Shown here piece by piece: positions 27,520 to 41,285 of a DNA stretch of 64,000 nt. Location: contig NC_043021.1 of NCBI RefSeq assembly GCF_006345805.1, positions 13,516,001-13,580,000 of the forward strand, read 5' to 3'. Source of the DNA: Octopus sinensis (lineage: Eukaryota). The position numbers and the translations under genes are program-made. Position 1 is the stretch's first letter. Every line of letters starts with the position of its first letter. Under the pieces are notes generated by a model, which had not been told where the DNA came from, searched no databases, and was given only the letters and a program-made list of their open reading frames with translations.

Positions 27520-28778
27520 CTGTAGGTTTGTACATATGTGTGTAAGTTACTTGTTGTTACTTGACAATCGATGGTGGTGTGTTTGCATAAACCCGTAACT
27601 TAGCGCTTCGGCAAAAGAGACTGATAGGATAAGTACTAGGATTACAAAGAATAAGTCCTGGGATCGATTTGCTCGACTAAAGGTGGTGCTCCAGCATGGC
27701 CACAATCAAATGACTGAAATATGTAAAAGAGTAAAAGAGTATATATATATATATATATACATATGTATATATCGTCATCATCATCATCATCGTCATTTAA
27801 CGTCTGCTTTCTATGCTAGCATGGGTTGGACGATTTGACTGAGGACTGGCGAATTAGATGGCTGCACCAGGGTCCAATCTAATCTGGCAGAGTTTCTACT
27901 GCTGGATGCCCTTCCTATATATATATATATATTATATATATATATATATATATAATTATTAATTTAATACTTGTTGACCTCACTGGAGCTGGTATCACAT
28001 AAAAAGCACCCAGTGCCCTCTATAAAGTGGCTGATTTCATTTCATTTGAGTTTGAGTCCATGCTCAGGCCAAGTCAAAGACTCCACCCTCAGAGTCTGGT
28101 GTGGTTGCCAGGTTGTATTCTCTGTTTAATTTTGACATGTGTAGGAGCGAGTTTGAGTCAGTTTGTGCTCGTTGTGTATATCCTGGGAGATGGGGTTCAT
28201 CTCTAATGGTGCTTAAGTATCTATCCAGCTGCAATTTGAATGATGCTAGGAAGCGTATCTAGCCAAAGAAACCATGCCAAAGCTGCGAACAGAGATTGAT
28301 ACAGTCTCCTGACTTGCCACTTCCTGCCAAACCATCCAACCTTTGCCCTCATGGAAAATGAAATTAAATGGTGATGATGATGATTTGTACATGTTGTATA
28401 TTGTATGTCTGTATCTACATACGCTACACATCAAAAAAGAACTGGCACTTCATTGGTTATGGCAACAACAGCTGCAGTTGATGAGGTCTGAAAAACAGCC
28501 TGCTCATGAAATTGACATGCAAGTGGCTGAGTACTCCACAGACATACGTACTCTTCACATAGTTCTCAGGTACAACTCATTTTTACTCAGTAGGTTTTTT
28601 TTTAAGTGGTTGGTGATAGGGAAGGCATCCAGCTGTAGATACTATACCATAGCACACACAAGCACACATATATCCATACGCACACACACACACATATATA
28701 TATACATATATATATGTGTATGTGTGTGTGTATATATATAGGTGTATATGCTTATATATATATTCATACACACACTCT

Positions 28779-28810
<32 letters not shown>

Positions 28811-29059
28811 CACACAAGAATAGAAGGATAAAATCACGTTAATGATTTTTATCAGGTTGTCAGCATGAAATAGAAATTTCTATATTAAATTAATAATTAT
28901 ATATATATATATATATATACGAAGGGCATCCAGCAGTAGAAACTCTGCCAGATCAGATTGGGGCCTGGTGTAGCCATCTAGTTTGCCAGTCCTCGGTCAA
29001 ATCATCCAACCCATGCTAGCATAGAAAGCAGACATTAAATGACGATGATGATGATGATA

Positions 29060-29075
29060 TATATATATATATATA

Positions 29076-29132
<57 letters not shown>

Positions 29133-29884
29133 CTCTTTTACTCTTTTACATATTTCAGTCATTTGACTGTGGCCATGCTGGAGCACCGCCTTTAGTCGAC
29201 CCCAGGACTTATTCTTTGTAATCCTAGTACTTATCCTATCAGTCTCTTTTGCTAAGTTATGGGGATGCAAACACACCACCATCGATTGTCAAGCGATGTT
29301 GGGGGGACAAATACAGACACACAAACATATACACACAAACATACACATACATATATACGATGGGCTTCTTTCAGTTTCTGTCTACCAAATCCACTCACAA
29401 GGCTATAGTAGAAGACACTTGCCCAACGTGCCACGCAGTGGGACTGAACCTGGAACCATGTGGTTGGTAAGCAAGCTACTTACCACACAGACACTCCTGT
29501 GCCTATATATATATTTACATATATATATATAATTACATTAAGGGAGCAGAGAGAAACGACCTATCTCCTACATGCTTGAAATAAATGCAGAGGCACTAAG
29601 AAACCTTTTTGTAGTTTCTTATTGCCTTGGCATTTATTTCAAGCATGTAGGAGATAGGTCGTTTCTCTCTGCTCCCTTACACACACACACACATATATAT
29701 ATATACATATGCTGGCCTGCTCGCTTAGCCAGCGGGGTGGCGTCATTCAAAGGCTAAAACAATGCGAACGCATTGTGACCAGTGATGTGTAACTACATCT
29801 GATGGACTGGTCGGTCACGTGATCACGTGATATACATATGCATACCATACATGCATATACATACATACATATATATATATATAT

Positions 29885-29940
<56 letters not shown>

Positions 29941-30662
29941 CTCTTTTACTCTTTTACATATTTCAGTCATTTGACTGTGGCCATGCTGGAGCACCGCCTT
30001 TAGTCGACCCCAGGACTTATTCTTTGTAATCCTAGTACTTATCCTATCAGTCTCTTTTGCTAAGTTATGGGGATGCAAACACACCACCATCGATTGTCAA
30101 GCGATGTTGGGGGGACAAATACAGACACACAAACATATACACACAAACATACACATACATATATACGATGGGCTTCTTTCAGTTCTGTCTACCAAATCCA
30201 CTCACAAGGCTATAGTAGAAGACACTTGCCCAACGTGCCACGCAGTGGGACTGAACCTGGAACCATGTGGTTGGTAAGCAAGCTACTTACCACACAGACA
30301 CTCCTGTGCCTATATATATATTTACATATATATATATAATTACATTAAGGGAGCAGAGAGAAACGACCTATCTCCTACATGCTTGAAATAAATGCAGAGG
30401 CACTAAGAAACCTTTTTGTAGTTCTTATTGCCTTGGCATTTATTTCAAGCATGTAGGAGATAGGTCGTTTCTCTCTGCTCCCTTACACACACACACACAT
30501 ATATATATATACATATGCTGGCCTGCTCGCTTAGCCAGCGGGGTGGCGTCATTCAAAGGCTAAAACAATGCGAACGCATTGTGACCAGTGATGTGTAACT
30601 ACATCTGATGGACTGGTCGGTCACGTGATCACGTGATATACATATGCATACCATACATGCAT

Positions 30663-30700
<38 letters not shown>
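29060..30700. repeat. Tandem duplication, unit ~808 bp
   Basis: SINE A + fold-back + SINE tail block occurs twice (e.g. tactctttta at 29131 and 29939). Confidence 0.9.
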
Positions 30701-30717
<17 letters not shown>

Positions 30718-30859
30718 GACATATACATATGTATATATATTTATATGTATAGACACATACATATACATATGATAGGTTTAAGCATCATGGAGGCACTGGA
30801 TAAACCAAACTCAGACATATGAGAGGTGCCACCACCAAGGACAGCAAACATATACATAC

Positions 30860-31998
30860 ATATATATGTGTGTGTGTGTGTGTATGAGCATGTGTTGTGT
30901 GTGTGTGTGTGTTAACATGAACGCCCACACACACAGGTCAAGTTACTAACCTCATCATCCTTAAACACAGAAAAATGCTATGAATGTATGAATGTTACTG
31001 TTTTACAGGAGAGGCACTTGACAACCAAGAAACTGTTTCTTGTTCTTTTTGTTTACATAATTTATTTCTTAAGTTTGCTAAGATAAAGAAATCAGAAGAC
31101 GGTGGTGGGCTAGCTGAACGGATTGTCTGCTTTTCCCTATTCAATTATGTTCCCTTAACATTCTGAGTTCAAACCTCACTGTAGGACATCTTAGCTTCTC
31201 AACCTTCTGTGGGTTGATAAACTGAAGGGCTAGTTATGTAGGTGGAGTAACAGAGGTTCAGATATGTCTGTGGGGTAAGAAGTTTGCTTCCCAACCACAT
31301 GGTTCCAGGTTCAGTCCCACTATGTGACACCTTGGACAAGTGTCTTATACTATAGCCTCAGGCTGACCAAAGCCATGTGAGTGGATTTGGTAGATGGAAA
31401 CTGAAAGAAACCCATCATATATATACACACACACACATACACATGCATATCTATTATATAAAATCCATTCTGTCTGTCTGTGTGTGTGTCTTCTAGGATC
31501 TCGGGCATCCTCCATCTGATTGTGCTCAAATTTGATATGTAGATACCGATGGTATCAGGGTGTGTATAAGTCTTGAAAAAATTACAAAAATCGATTCCAG
31601 GTGAGAATGCGATCGGTAAAGCTGTTTTAATCCTGCTTTTCTTCCGTCAACCTGTACATAACTGCACCTTCCATTTTTTGTTGTTTTTGTACTGCTCAAA
31701 GGCACGATCCTTTCCTGCCAAGCTTACTGTTTAAACCATATTTGTGCTCTCCCATTCAACAGCCTTATCATTACTGGTACTTTAAACTCTTCGGTTGCAT
31801 AAATCGTTTTTCTTTGGAATAGAAATAAGTCTATCTTTATTTCTTCTTTTGCTGGTGTCTCAAATTTAGGTTAAATCAGTGTTTCTCAAAGGGGAGGCCT
31901 ATGGGATGGTCGGACAAGTTGTTTTGAGAAAATTTGGTTTAAATGCTTGACAACTCAGCACTGTCCACTGAGCGGGGGGGGGGGTTTGCTCGTATATA

Positions 31999-32034
<36 letters not shown>

Positions 32035-33667
32035 TGTATGTATGTATGTATGTATGTATGTATGTATGTATGTATGTATGTATGTATGTATGTATGTATG
32101 TATGTATGTATGTATGCATGTATGTATGTAGGTATATATATATATATGTGGAGGCGCAATGGCCTAGTGGTTAGGGGAGCGGACTCGCGGTCGTAGGATC
32201 GCGGTTTCGATTCCCAGACCGGGCGTTGTGAGTGTTTATTGAGCGAAAACACCTAAAGCTCCACGAGGCTCCGGCAGGGGGTGGTGGTGATCCCTGCTGT
32301 ACTCTTTCGCCACAGCTTTCTTCTGTTGGCCTGCTCACTTAGCCAGCAGGATGGCGTCATTTGAAGGCTAAAACAATGTGAAGCGCATTGTGACCAGCGA
32401 TGTGTAACAACATCTGATAGCCTGGTCGTAAAAAGAAAAAAGAAGAAAAAAAGATATATATGTAAGTATATATATGTGTGTGGTGTGTGTGTGTGTGTAT
32501 GAGCATGTGTGTGTGTGTGTGTGTGTGTTAACATGAACGCCCACACACACAGGTCAAGTTACTAACCTCATCATCCTTAAACACAGAAAAATGCTATGAA
32601 TGTATGAATGTTACTGTTTTACAGAGAGGCACTTGACAACCAAGAAACTGTTTCTTGTTCTTTTTGTTTACATAATTTATTTCTTAAGTTTGCTAAGATA
32701 AAGAAATCAGAAGACGGTGGTGGGCTAGCTGAACGGATTGTCTGCTTTTCCCTATTCAATTATGTTCCCTTACATTCTGAGTTCAAACCTCACTGTAGGA
32801 CATCTTAGCTTCTCAACCTTCTGTGGGTTGATAAACTGAAGGGCTAGTTATGTAGGTGGAGTAACAGAGGTTCAGATATGTCTGTGGGGTAAGAAGTTTG
32901 CTTCCCAACCACATGGTTCCAGGTTCAGTCCCACTATGTGACACCTTGGACAAGTGTCTTATACTATAGCCTCAGGCTGACCAAAGCCATGTGAGTGGAT
33001 TTGGTAGATGGAAACTGAAAGAAACCCATCATATATATACACACACACACATACACATGCATATCTATTATATAAAATCCATTCTGTCTGTCTGTGTGTG
33101 TGTCTTCTAGGATCTCGGGCATCCTCCATCTGATTGTGCTCAAATTTGATATGTAGATACCGATGGTATCAGGGTGTGTATAAGTCTTGAAAAAATTACA
33201 AAAATCGATTCCAGGTGAGAATGCGATCGGTAAAGCTGTTTTAATCCTGCTTTTCTTCCGTCAACCTGTACATAACTGCACCTTCCATTTTTTGTTGTTT
33301 TTGTACTGCTCAAAGGCACGATCCTTTCCTGCCAAGCTTACTGTTTAAACCATATTTGTGCTCTCCCATTCAACAGCCTTATCATTACTGGTACTTTAAA
33401 CTCTTCGGTTGCATAAATCGTTTTTCTTTGGAATAGAAATAAGTCTATCTTTATTTCTTCTTTTGCTGGTGTCTCAAATTTAGGTTAAATCAGTGTTCTC
33501 AAAGGGGAGGCCTATGGGATGGTCGGACAAGTTGTTTTGAGAAAATTTGGTTTAAATGCTTGACAACTCAGCACTGTCCACTGAGCGGGGGGGGGGGTTT
33601 GCTCGTATATATATATATATATGTATGTATGTATGTATGCATGTATGTATGTAGGTATATATATATA

Positions 33668-33759
<92 letters not shown>

Positions 33760-34112
33760 ATATATATATGTGGAGGCGCAATGGCCTAGTGGTTAGGGGA
33801 GCGGACTCGCGGTCGTAGATCGCGGTTTCGATTCCCAGACCGGGCGTTGTGAGTGTTTATTGAGCGAAAACACCTAAAGCTCCACGAGGCTCCGGCAGGG
33901 GGTGGTGGTGATCCCTGCTGTACTCTTTCGCCACAGCTTTCTTCTGTTGGCCTGCTCACTTAGCCAGCAGGATGGCGTCATTTGAAGGCTAAAACAATGT
34001 GAAGCGCATTGTGACCAGCGATGTGTAACAACATCTGATAGCCTGGTCGTAAAAAGAAAAAAGAAGAAAAAAAGATATATATGTAAGTATATATATGTGT
34101 GTGGTGTGTGTG

Positions 34113-34125
<13 letters not shown>
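30860..34125. repeat. Tandem duplication, unit ~1616 bp
   Basis: gttaacatgaacgccc at 30911 and 32527; colinear throughout. Confidence 0.9.
32148..32430 (+). mobile_element. SINE family D, young CpG-rich tRNA-derived copy (duplicated at ~33770-34050)
   Basis: Head gtggaggcgcaatggcctagtggttagggg...ggtttcgattccc with A and B boxes; its tail is shared with 29710-29830. Confidence 0.8.
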
Positions 34126-34150
<25 letters not shown>

Positions 34151-34936
34151 GGTGTGCTGTGTGGTAAGAAGCTTTCTTCCCAACTACACGGTTTCAGGTT
34201 CAGTCCTATTGTGTGATACCTAGGGCAAGTGTCTTCTACTGTAGCCTCAGACCAATTAAAGCCTTGTGAGTTGGTTTGATAGACGGAAGCTGAAAAGAAG
34301 CCATGTGAGTGGATTTGGTAAGCCATCGTGTGTGTGAGTATATATGTGTGTGTTTGTGTGTCTGTGTTTGTCCCCCCAACGTCGCTTAACAACTGATGCT
34401 GGTGTGTTTACCTCCCTGTAACTTAGTGGTCCAGCAAAATAGACCGATAGAATAAGTACTAGGCTTACAAAGAATAAGTTCTGGGGCCAATTTGTTCAAC
34501 TAAAGGTGGTGCTCCAGCATAGCTACAGTCAAATGACTAAAACAAATAAAAGAGTAAAAGAGTATACATTTATATATATCATCATCATCATCATCATCAC
34601 TTAATGTCTGTTGTCCATCTTGGCATAGGTTAGACGATTTGAATGGGTTGGCATGCTGGAAGGCTGCGCCAAGCTCCAGTCCGACTTGGCATGGTTTTCG
34701 GCGACCAGATGCCCTCCATAACGCCAACCACTCCAAGAGTGTAATGGGTGCTTTTATGTTCCACCAGCATGGGTGACATTTGCATGACACCGGGGTGCCT
34801 TTACATGTCAATTTGTGTGATACTGGTATCTGCTATGACTAATTTTGCTCAGTTCAATGGGTCTTCTTCTCAAGCACAACATAATGCCAAAGGTCTTGGT
34901 TATTGCCTCTGCGACGCCTATCACTTGAAAGGAACT

Positions 34937-35358
34937 TCTTCAGGTGTCTTGGGGAAATTTCGAACCTGGGTCCTAATTACTAAGGTAGTTTTCAATGTTA
35001 TTATTATTACAATTATTATTATTATTATTATTGTTCAGGTCACTGCCTGGAATCGAACTCAGAATTTTGGAGCATATGGCGAAGTGGTTAAGAGTGCAGG
35101 CTACTAATCCCAAGATTCCGAGTTCAATTCCAAGTAGTGACCTGAACAATAATAATAATAATAATAATGATGATAATAATAATAACAGCAACAACAACAA
35201 CAATAACATCGAAAAATACCTTAGGAATGAGAACCCAGTTTCGAAATTTCCCCAAGACACCTGAAGATGGCTGAAGAGTATATCAGCCGAAACATTGTGT
35301 TAACAACAAACAAGATGAGGAGAAATATCCGTCGAATGTAAATAATGTAAATAATGTA
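34937..35358 (+). mobile_element. tRNA-headed element carrying a hammerhead, preceded by an inverted partial copy of itself
   Basis: tRNA-like head at 35069-35142, (AAT)n spacer, hammerhead at 35256-35301, (aaataatgt)n tail. 34937-35070 is the reverse complement of ~35107-35267. Confidence 0.7.
35256..35301 (+). ncRNA. Minimal type I hammerhead ribozyme (Penelope type)
   Basis: GACAC-CTGAAGA-T-GGCTGA agagtata TCAGCC-GAA-ACAT-T-GTGTT. Canonical core; stem III is probably ACGT decayed by CpG mutation. Confidence 0.7.
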
Positions 35359-36286
35359 TTTTGATTTCAATGTTTTCCATGTTCATTTTCATGAGTCATT
35401 CATAGCATCATATTTTTATTTTAATTATTTTATGTCCCCACATGTGTTGTAGTGTCCCCATCTATGTAGTGTCGCCCTTTATGGCAATTTAAAAGAAATA
35501 AAGTAGCTTGCTTACCAACCACATGGTTCCAGATTCAGTCCCACTACGTGGCACCTTTTCGAATGTGTCTTCTACTGTAGCCTCGGGCCGACCAAAGCCT
35601 TGTGAGAGGATTTGGAAGACAGAGACTGAAAGAAGCCCGTCATATATATATGTGTGTGTGTTTGTGTGTGTGTGCCTGTGTGTGTCTGTGTTTGTCCCCC
35701 AACCATCGCCTGACAACCGATCTTGGTGTGTTTACGTACTCGTAACTTAGCGGTTCGGCAATAGTGACCGATAGAATAAGTGCTAGGCTTACAAAGAAGT
35801 CCTAGGATCGATGTGCTCGACTAAAGGCGGCGCTCCAGCATGGCCGCAGTCAAATGACTAAAACAAATGAAACAAGTGAAAGAATAAATAATTTTTTTAT
35901 GACAGCAGAACCACAAAACGCTCAGCTAATGGCAGAAGGGAAATAACTCTAAATAATTTCTTCATTGGGAAACAAGGGAGATAATGCATATTTATACCGT
36001 CTTGATTTCGTGGAATCGCTGCTATTTTAATTATTTTCCAAATACTTCCAGATGCAGCCTCGTGGTAAATAAGTTATGCATGTGGTGTGGTTACTGTTTG
36101 CTGTAAAAACTATTTTAATTATTGCTATTTTCGTCGTATTTATTCCCGGTTTAGATTTTTTATGGTCCATACATTAAATTGAATAAATAAACTCTTTGAC
36201 GAAGTTGTTTTCGGTTATTAACGAGATGTGAACAACTACTTCATAGCTCAAGGTGGATACACTTAATAAAACTACATATATGCGTT

Positions 36287-36320
<34 letters not shown>

Positions 36321-36482
36321 CACTCGCGGAGTGGTTGGCGTTAGGAAGGGCATCCAGCCGTAGAAACACTGCCAGATCTGACTGGGCCTGACGAAGCCTT
36401 CCAGCTTCACAGACCCCAGCTGACCCGTCCAACCCATGCTAGCATGGAAAACGGACGCTAAACGATGATGATGATGATGATG

Positions 36483-36541
<59 letters not shown>

Positions 36542-37122
36542 ATATATAGGCTTATGGCTTAGTGGTTAGGGCGTTGCATTCATGATTATAAGATTATGAG
36601 TTCGATTCGGGGATCAGAAAATGTGTTGTGCTCTTGAGCAAAACATTTCAATACTCATTGCTCCAGTCCACTTGGCTGACAAAAGCGAGGAATTTTTTGG
36701 ACAGACGGGACTGGGTTGAATATATACGAGATGGTATCAAACATTCCCGCACTAGTTCTGTCGTGCGCCAACAGATGGCAGCACACGGTTACGTGTGCTG
36801 TGAGAGCTTACAGTGACCTTCATGAGGCAGTGTGCCGAGTGGGATTGCTGTGTTTACTTGAAAGTTGTGAAATTTGTGTCTTTGCGGACACGTGTATGAT
36901 GTAGTCTGTGATTTTGCCATGGTCATGAAGTGGCTGCGTGATAAGTAGCTTGCTTACCAAACACATGGTTCCGGATTCATTCCCACTGCGTGGCAAGTGT
37001 CTTCTACTATAGCTTCAGGCCGACCAAAGCCTTGTGAGAGGATTTGGTAGATGGAAACTGAAAGAAGCCTGTCGTATATATATATATATATATGTATGTA
37101 TGTGTGTATATATATATACATA

Positions 37123-37659
37123 TATCACATCACCGACTCCTTCACCTACACTTCTTCCAATATCATCAATTGCATCACCTGCTCTCACTGCCATTCTCTG
37201 TACATCAGACAAATGGGACGCCGCTTGGCTGACTGGTTCACGGAACACCTCCGAGACATCTGCCTCGGCAATGACACCCCGTTCTCACGCCATTTCCGCT
37301 CTACCGGTCACTCTTTGCAACACCTGTCTGTGTTCGGATTGTCATTGCACAGAGGCCATCCAGACTCCCGTTTGCACCGTGAACAGGGATTGATCTTCTC
37401 TCTTCGCTCCTTTGTGCCATGTGGGCTCAACTCTCCTCCTCCCTCCCACCCACCTCTCTTCTATTGCTCCGACTCCTACTTCTCTTCACCCCTACTCTCT
37501 TCTCATACCCACCTCCCCCTTCCCCGTCAACCCTCCCCCATAAGCCCACCCCACCCCTACACATTCCTATTCCACCTTCCCATCCCATCCCTTACACCCT
37601 CTCCTACATACTCCACCTCTACCCCCACCCTCTGCCTTTCCCTGTTAACCTTTCTCTGA
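37123..37659 (+). mobile_element. Penelope-like element (Neptune type) GIY-YIG endonuclease fragment, decayed
   Basis: FTYTSSNIINCITCSHCHSLYIRQMGRRLADWFTEHLRDI...SRHF...HSLQHL...RLHREQGLIFSL...PCGLN: GIY..CxxC..YIG, R..EH, RE and GLN motifs, followed by a pyrimidine-rich tail. Confidence 0.85.
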
Positions 37660-38360
37660 TATTGCTGCACCTTTTATGTGTCCAAAGCTTGCATCAGGTG
37701 CATCTTCTACGCCTTTCTACAGATTGAGTAGGGCTGTCTACCTGAAGGGATTTGTGATTTGTTTGCTTTTTTATTTATTCAGACTGGTTTTGCTAGGTTG
37801 ACTTTAAGGCTCTTTGATTCTAGACCTTGCTTCCATACTTGGAACTTCTTCTCTAGTTCTGGTAGTGATTCAGCTATAAAAGCAAGGTCATTAGTACAGA
37901 GGAGCTTCTAGGGGCAGCCTGTCTTAAGTTCCTCTGTTATTGCCTGGAGGACTATGATGAACAAGAGGGAGCTGAGGACTGATCCTTGGTGGACTCCTAC
38001 TTGTATCCTGAATACTTCGTTGTATTCATTGCCAACCTTCACCTTACTGGTAGTGCCCCTGTACAGCTCTCACTAAGCACTCATCTATCCCTAGTTTCCA
38101 CATTGATCACCAAATAAGGGATCAAGGAACTCCCTAATTAGTTGGGCTATGACTCACCCCGTAGCTTTCATCACTTGATCCAACAATTTGATACCTCTGT
38201 AATTATTTCTATCTAAAGCATCACCTTTACCTTTGTAGCAGTTGATCACATTGTTGCTACACCAATCATTGGGTGCGACTCCTTTGTGAGCCACCTGATT
38301 TACAATACGGTGACTAGACCATAACCAACACCATCAGATATTTCACATCTTGGTATTTTT
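37660..38360 (-). mobile_element. RTE-clade LINE reverse transcriptase fragment, decayed
   Basis: Minus strand reads VHQGSVLSSLLFIIVLQAITEELKTGCP*KLLCTNDLAFIAESLPELEKKFQVWKQGLESKSLKVNLAK, with the QG..LSP.LF motif and a degenerate YADD region. Confidence 0.8.
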
Positions 38361-38551
38361 TCCAAACCAATTTTTTAATTTAGAACTTTTAATTCATCTG
38401 AAGAAAATGTTTTTTTTTTGCACTGTAATTTGTTTATTCATCAATAAAAAACACATCTGAAACAACTGTAGTGAACTTTAATCATTTTGTGTTCTTTCTT
38501 TATATGTGCTTGTGTATATGTACATATATAATATATATATATACACACATA

Positions 38552-38762
38552 TACAAGGTGGTGCTGAAAAACTCCTGGCTTTAAGGGTATCACAAAAGGC
38601 CTGGTTGGAGGCTCAGCCTTCTGAGTTCTTTGACAGGGCTTAGAAAAACTGAAAGACTGCTACAATAAGTGTGTGAATCTGAGAGGGGAATATTTTGAAT
38701 AAAATCATAATTAACTGATTTTCCTGTATTTTCTTTTATCCAAAGCCAGGAAATTTTATACA
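38552..38762. mobile_element. Degenerate Tc1/mariner-like MITE
   Basis: Begins TA-CAAGGTGGTGCTGAAAACTCCTGGCTTT; the far end carries AAAGCCAGGAAATTTT as an imperfect inverted repeat. Confidence 0.45.
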
Positions 38763-40295
38763 CATTCATACATATAGTGGTTAAGAAGTCTGCTTTGCTA
38801 CCAAATGTTTTCATGTTCAAGCCTACTTTGCAGCACCTGGGCCAAGTGTCCCACAGAATAAATACTTTTTTTTATCAAAAATCTCAAACAAATTTTAGTG
38901 TTCTTTATCATAATAAATAGTGTCCCTGATGTGATCACTTGTTACGATAAAGAACACTAAAATCTGTTTTGATAAAAAGAAAGCATTCTTATCATAAACA
39001 AAAAATGTCATTACTACAAACAAGACACCATGATAGTTCAAAGATTATTGCTCTTGGACTGCAGTGATAGTAGTAACAGTCAAAACGTTAGCTGGTCCTA
39101 TCCATTCATTGTTTCTGTGTTGTCACAGCACTTTGGTCAGTTGCTGTTGACCAGTCTGATGTTTGCCATCTATTGCCTTTTGTTCAACGTTTGTTATTAG
39201 TAGCTAAGATGCACTGAAAATATATAGTGGTGGTTTGGCTCAGAAAGAAGCATGCCAAACATGAATTTTTTGTTGGAGCCAGTTCCACAGAAAGTCTTGA
39301 TTGGTCAGATTTTTGTTGATGTCATAAGTAATATCTTAGCAAATTTCAACTGTATTCTTGAATGTTTTTTGTTCTTGTTTTTACACTGGATATAGTGATA
39401 TAGGTTTGATTGTTATTATATTCCTGCTACAGATATTTATGTTTGGAACATAAGCATTATGTATCTCTGCCAAATTCAGAAAATATGCATTTCTGCAAAA
39501 GACATAAGGTTGATGGGTAGGGGGCATTGAACTGCAGACATGCTGTACTATAAATATCTTTTACCTTTTGCTTGTTTCAGTCATTTGACTGCAGCCATGC
39601 TGGAGCACCACCTTGAAGGATTTTAGTTGTACAAATCAACCCCAGGACCTATTTGGCAAGCCTGGTACTTATTCTATCGGTCTCCTTGCCAAACGACAAA
39701 GCTACGGGGACATAGACACACCAACTGCCAAGGACAAACACAAAGATATATACACACACACAGGTATGTGCGTACATACATATACACGATGGGATTCTTT
39801 CTGTTTCTGTGTCCCAAATTCACTCACAAGGCTTCGGTTGGCCTGAGGCTATAGTAAAAAACACTTGCTCAAGGTGCCATGCAGTGGGACTGAACCCAAA
39901 ACCATATGGTTGGGAAGCAACTTCATTTAATCTTTTACTGGTTTCAGTTATAGCATTGCGGCCATGTAGGAGCACCACCTTTAAGAGAGTTGTTGATGAA
40001 ATCGATGCCAAGTCTAGTGTTTATTGTATCAGTTTCTTTTCTGCTGAAATGCCACATAAGGAGGTAAACAAACCAACACCAATTATCAAGTAGTGGGCAT
40101 TGGGAAACAAAGACACACATGCGCACACTATGTGCAGATCGCATTTGAAATGGATAAATATACTTTGAAAATATAGTTTCATTTTCTAAAAATTTTAATT
40201 GCTTTCGTGAAAGTTTCAATTTATTCAAGGTGAACAAGCAATTATAGATGCCAAAGCAAAACATATTTATATCCTCAAATACAAACGAATAATCT

Positions 40296-40570
40296 GGCAT
40301 TCTTTCGATATAACTCGACAAAAATCAAAACATTTCACTTTGGGTATTTCCGTGGAAGCAAATGACAGTTTGATTCTGTTTTCTGCTTGGAAATTTGCAG
40401 ATTTTACATACACACATGAAACAGGTAAGAACAAATATGCAAGGTTTTTTTTTCTTCAAGTTTAAAATGAGACATTGCTGGCATAATTTCATTATATCTA
40501 TACTCCACAACCCACGGGAATACCCAAAGTGAAATGTCTCAACCTTGTCGAGCTATATCGAAGCAATGCC
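40296..40570. mobile_element. Merlin-like MITE family 2; second copy 59585-60003 in opposite orientation with a SINE inserted
   Basis: TIRs GGCATTCTTTCGATATAACTCGAC / GTCGAGCTATATCGAAGCAATGCC; 8-bp flanks AATAATCT/AATAATAT here and AAAATTGT/GAAATTGT in the second copy. Confidence 0.6.
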
Positions 40571-40605
40571 AATAATATTTATATACAGAAGAAAAAAAGG
40601 CAATC

Positions 40606-41018
40606 TTTCGTCTCTAGTAGACCTTTCCGTCGATTTCCGTAAAAAATTTTTTTTTTTACATATGGGCTTGCAGGAACTTTTGAAGTAATGAGAGCGAAAG
40701 AGACTAAGAGCAAGCGATTGTATGACGAGGGAAGTTCTTTTGAAGTTACCGTGCATGGGAACATTGATGTACATGTGTGTGTGTGTGTGTGTGTGTTTGA
40801 TGGGGTGTGGGAGACACACAGTATGTTGTGTAAGTGAAGTGCTTCTGTCAGTATGTGTGAAGAGACAGAGTAATGTGTGAAAGAAAGAGATAACTGAAAT
40901 TTTTTACTCGGTGTATGTGTATATGTATGTATATTACTTCAAAAGTTCCCGCAAGCCCATATGTAAAAGAAAAAAAATTTTTTTACGGAAATCGACGGAA
41001 AGGTCTACTAGAGACGAA
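40606..41018. mobile_element. MITE-like element with ~85-bp inverted repeats
   Basis: ttcgtctctagtagacctttccgtcg...gaagtaat mirrored by attacttc...cgacggaaaggtctactagagacgaa. Confidence 0.75.
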
Positions 41019-41285
41019 TGATCGCCGAAAAAAAAAAGCTGTAAATCCGCAAACTCAGTTTCCTGCCTTTTTAAAACAATTTTTTTTAATATTAAAACAA
41101 AACTGTTTGGAAATTCTTTATCTCTTGCTGTTAGAAACACAAAAATCTAAAAACCACTTTAAAAAAAAGGATAAAATAATTTACAAAAAGGTTCTTTCAG
41201 AAATCCACTCTGAAGTGAATATTTGTCGATAATGCTTTACACAAGGCTCTTCCCTTCAAGTTAGTAGAAAATGATTTATATGAAA

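Noticed and set aside
32148-32225. Possible tRNA gene (also 35069-35142)
   Set aside because: The acceptor stem does not pair and the sequence continues into a repeat body; these are SINE heads.
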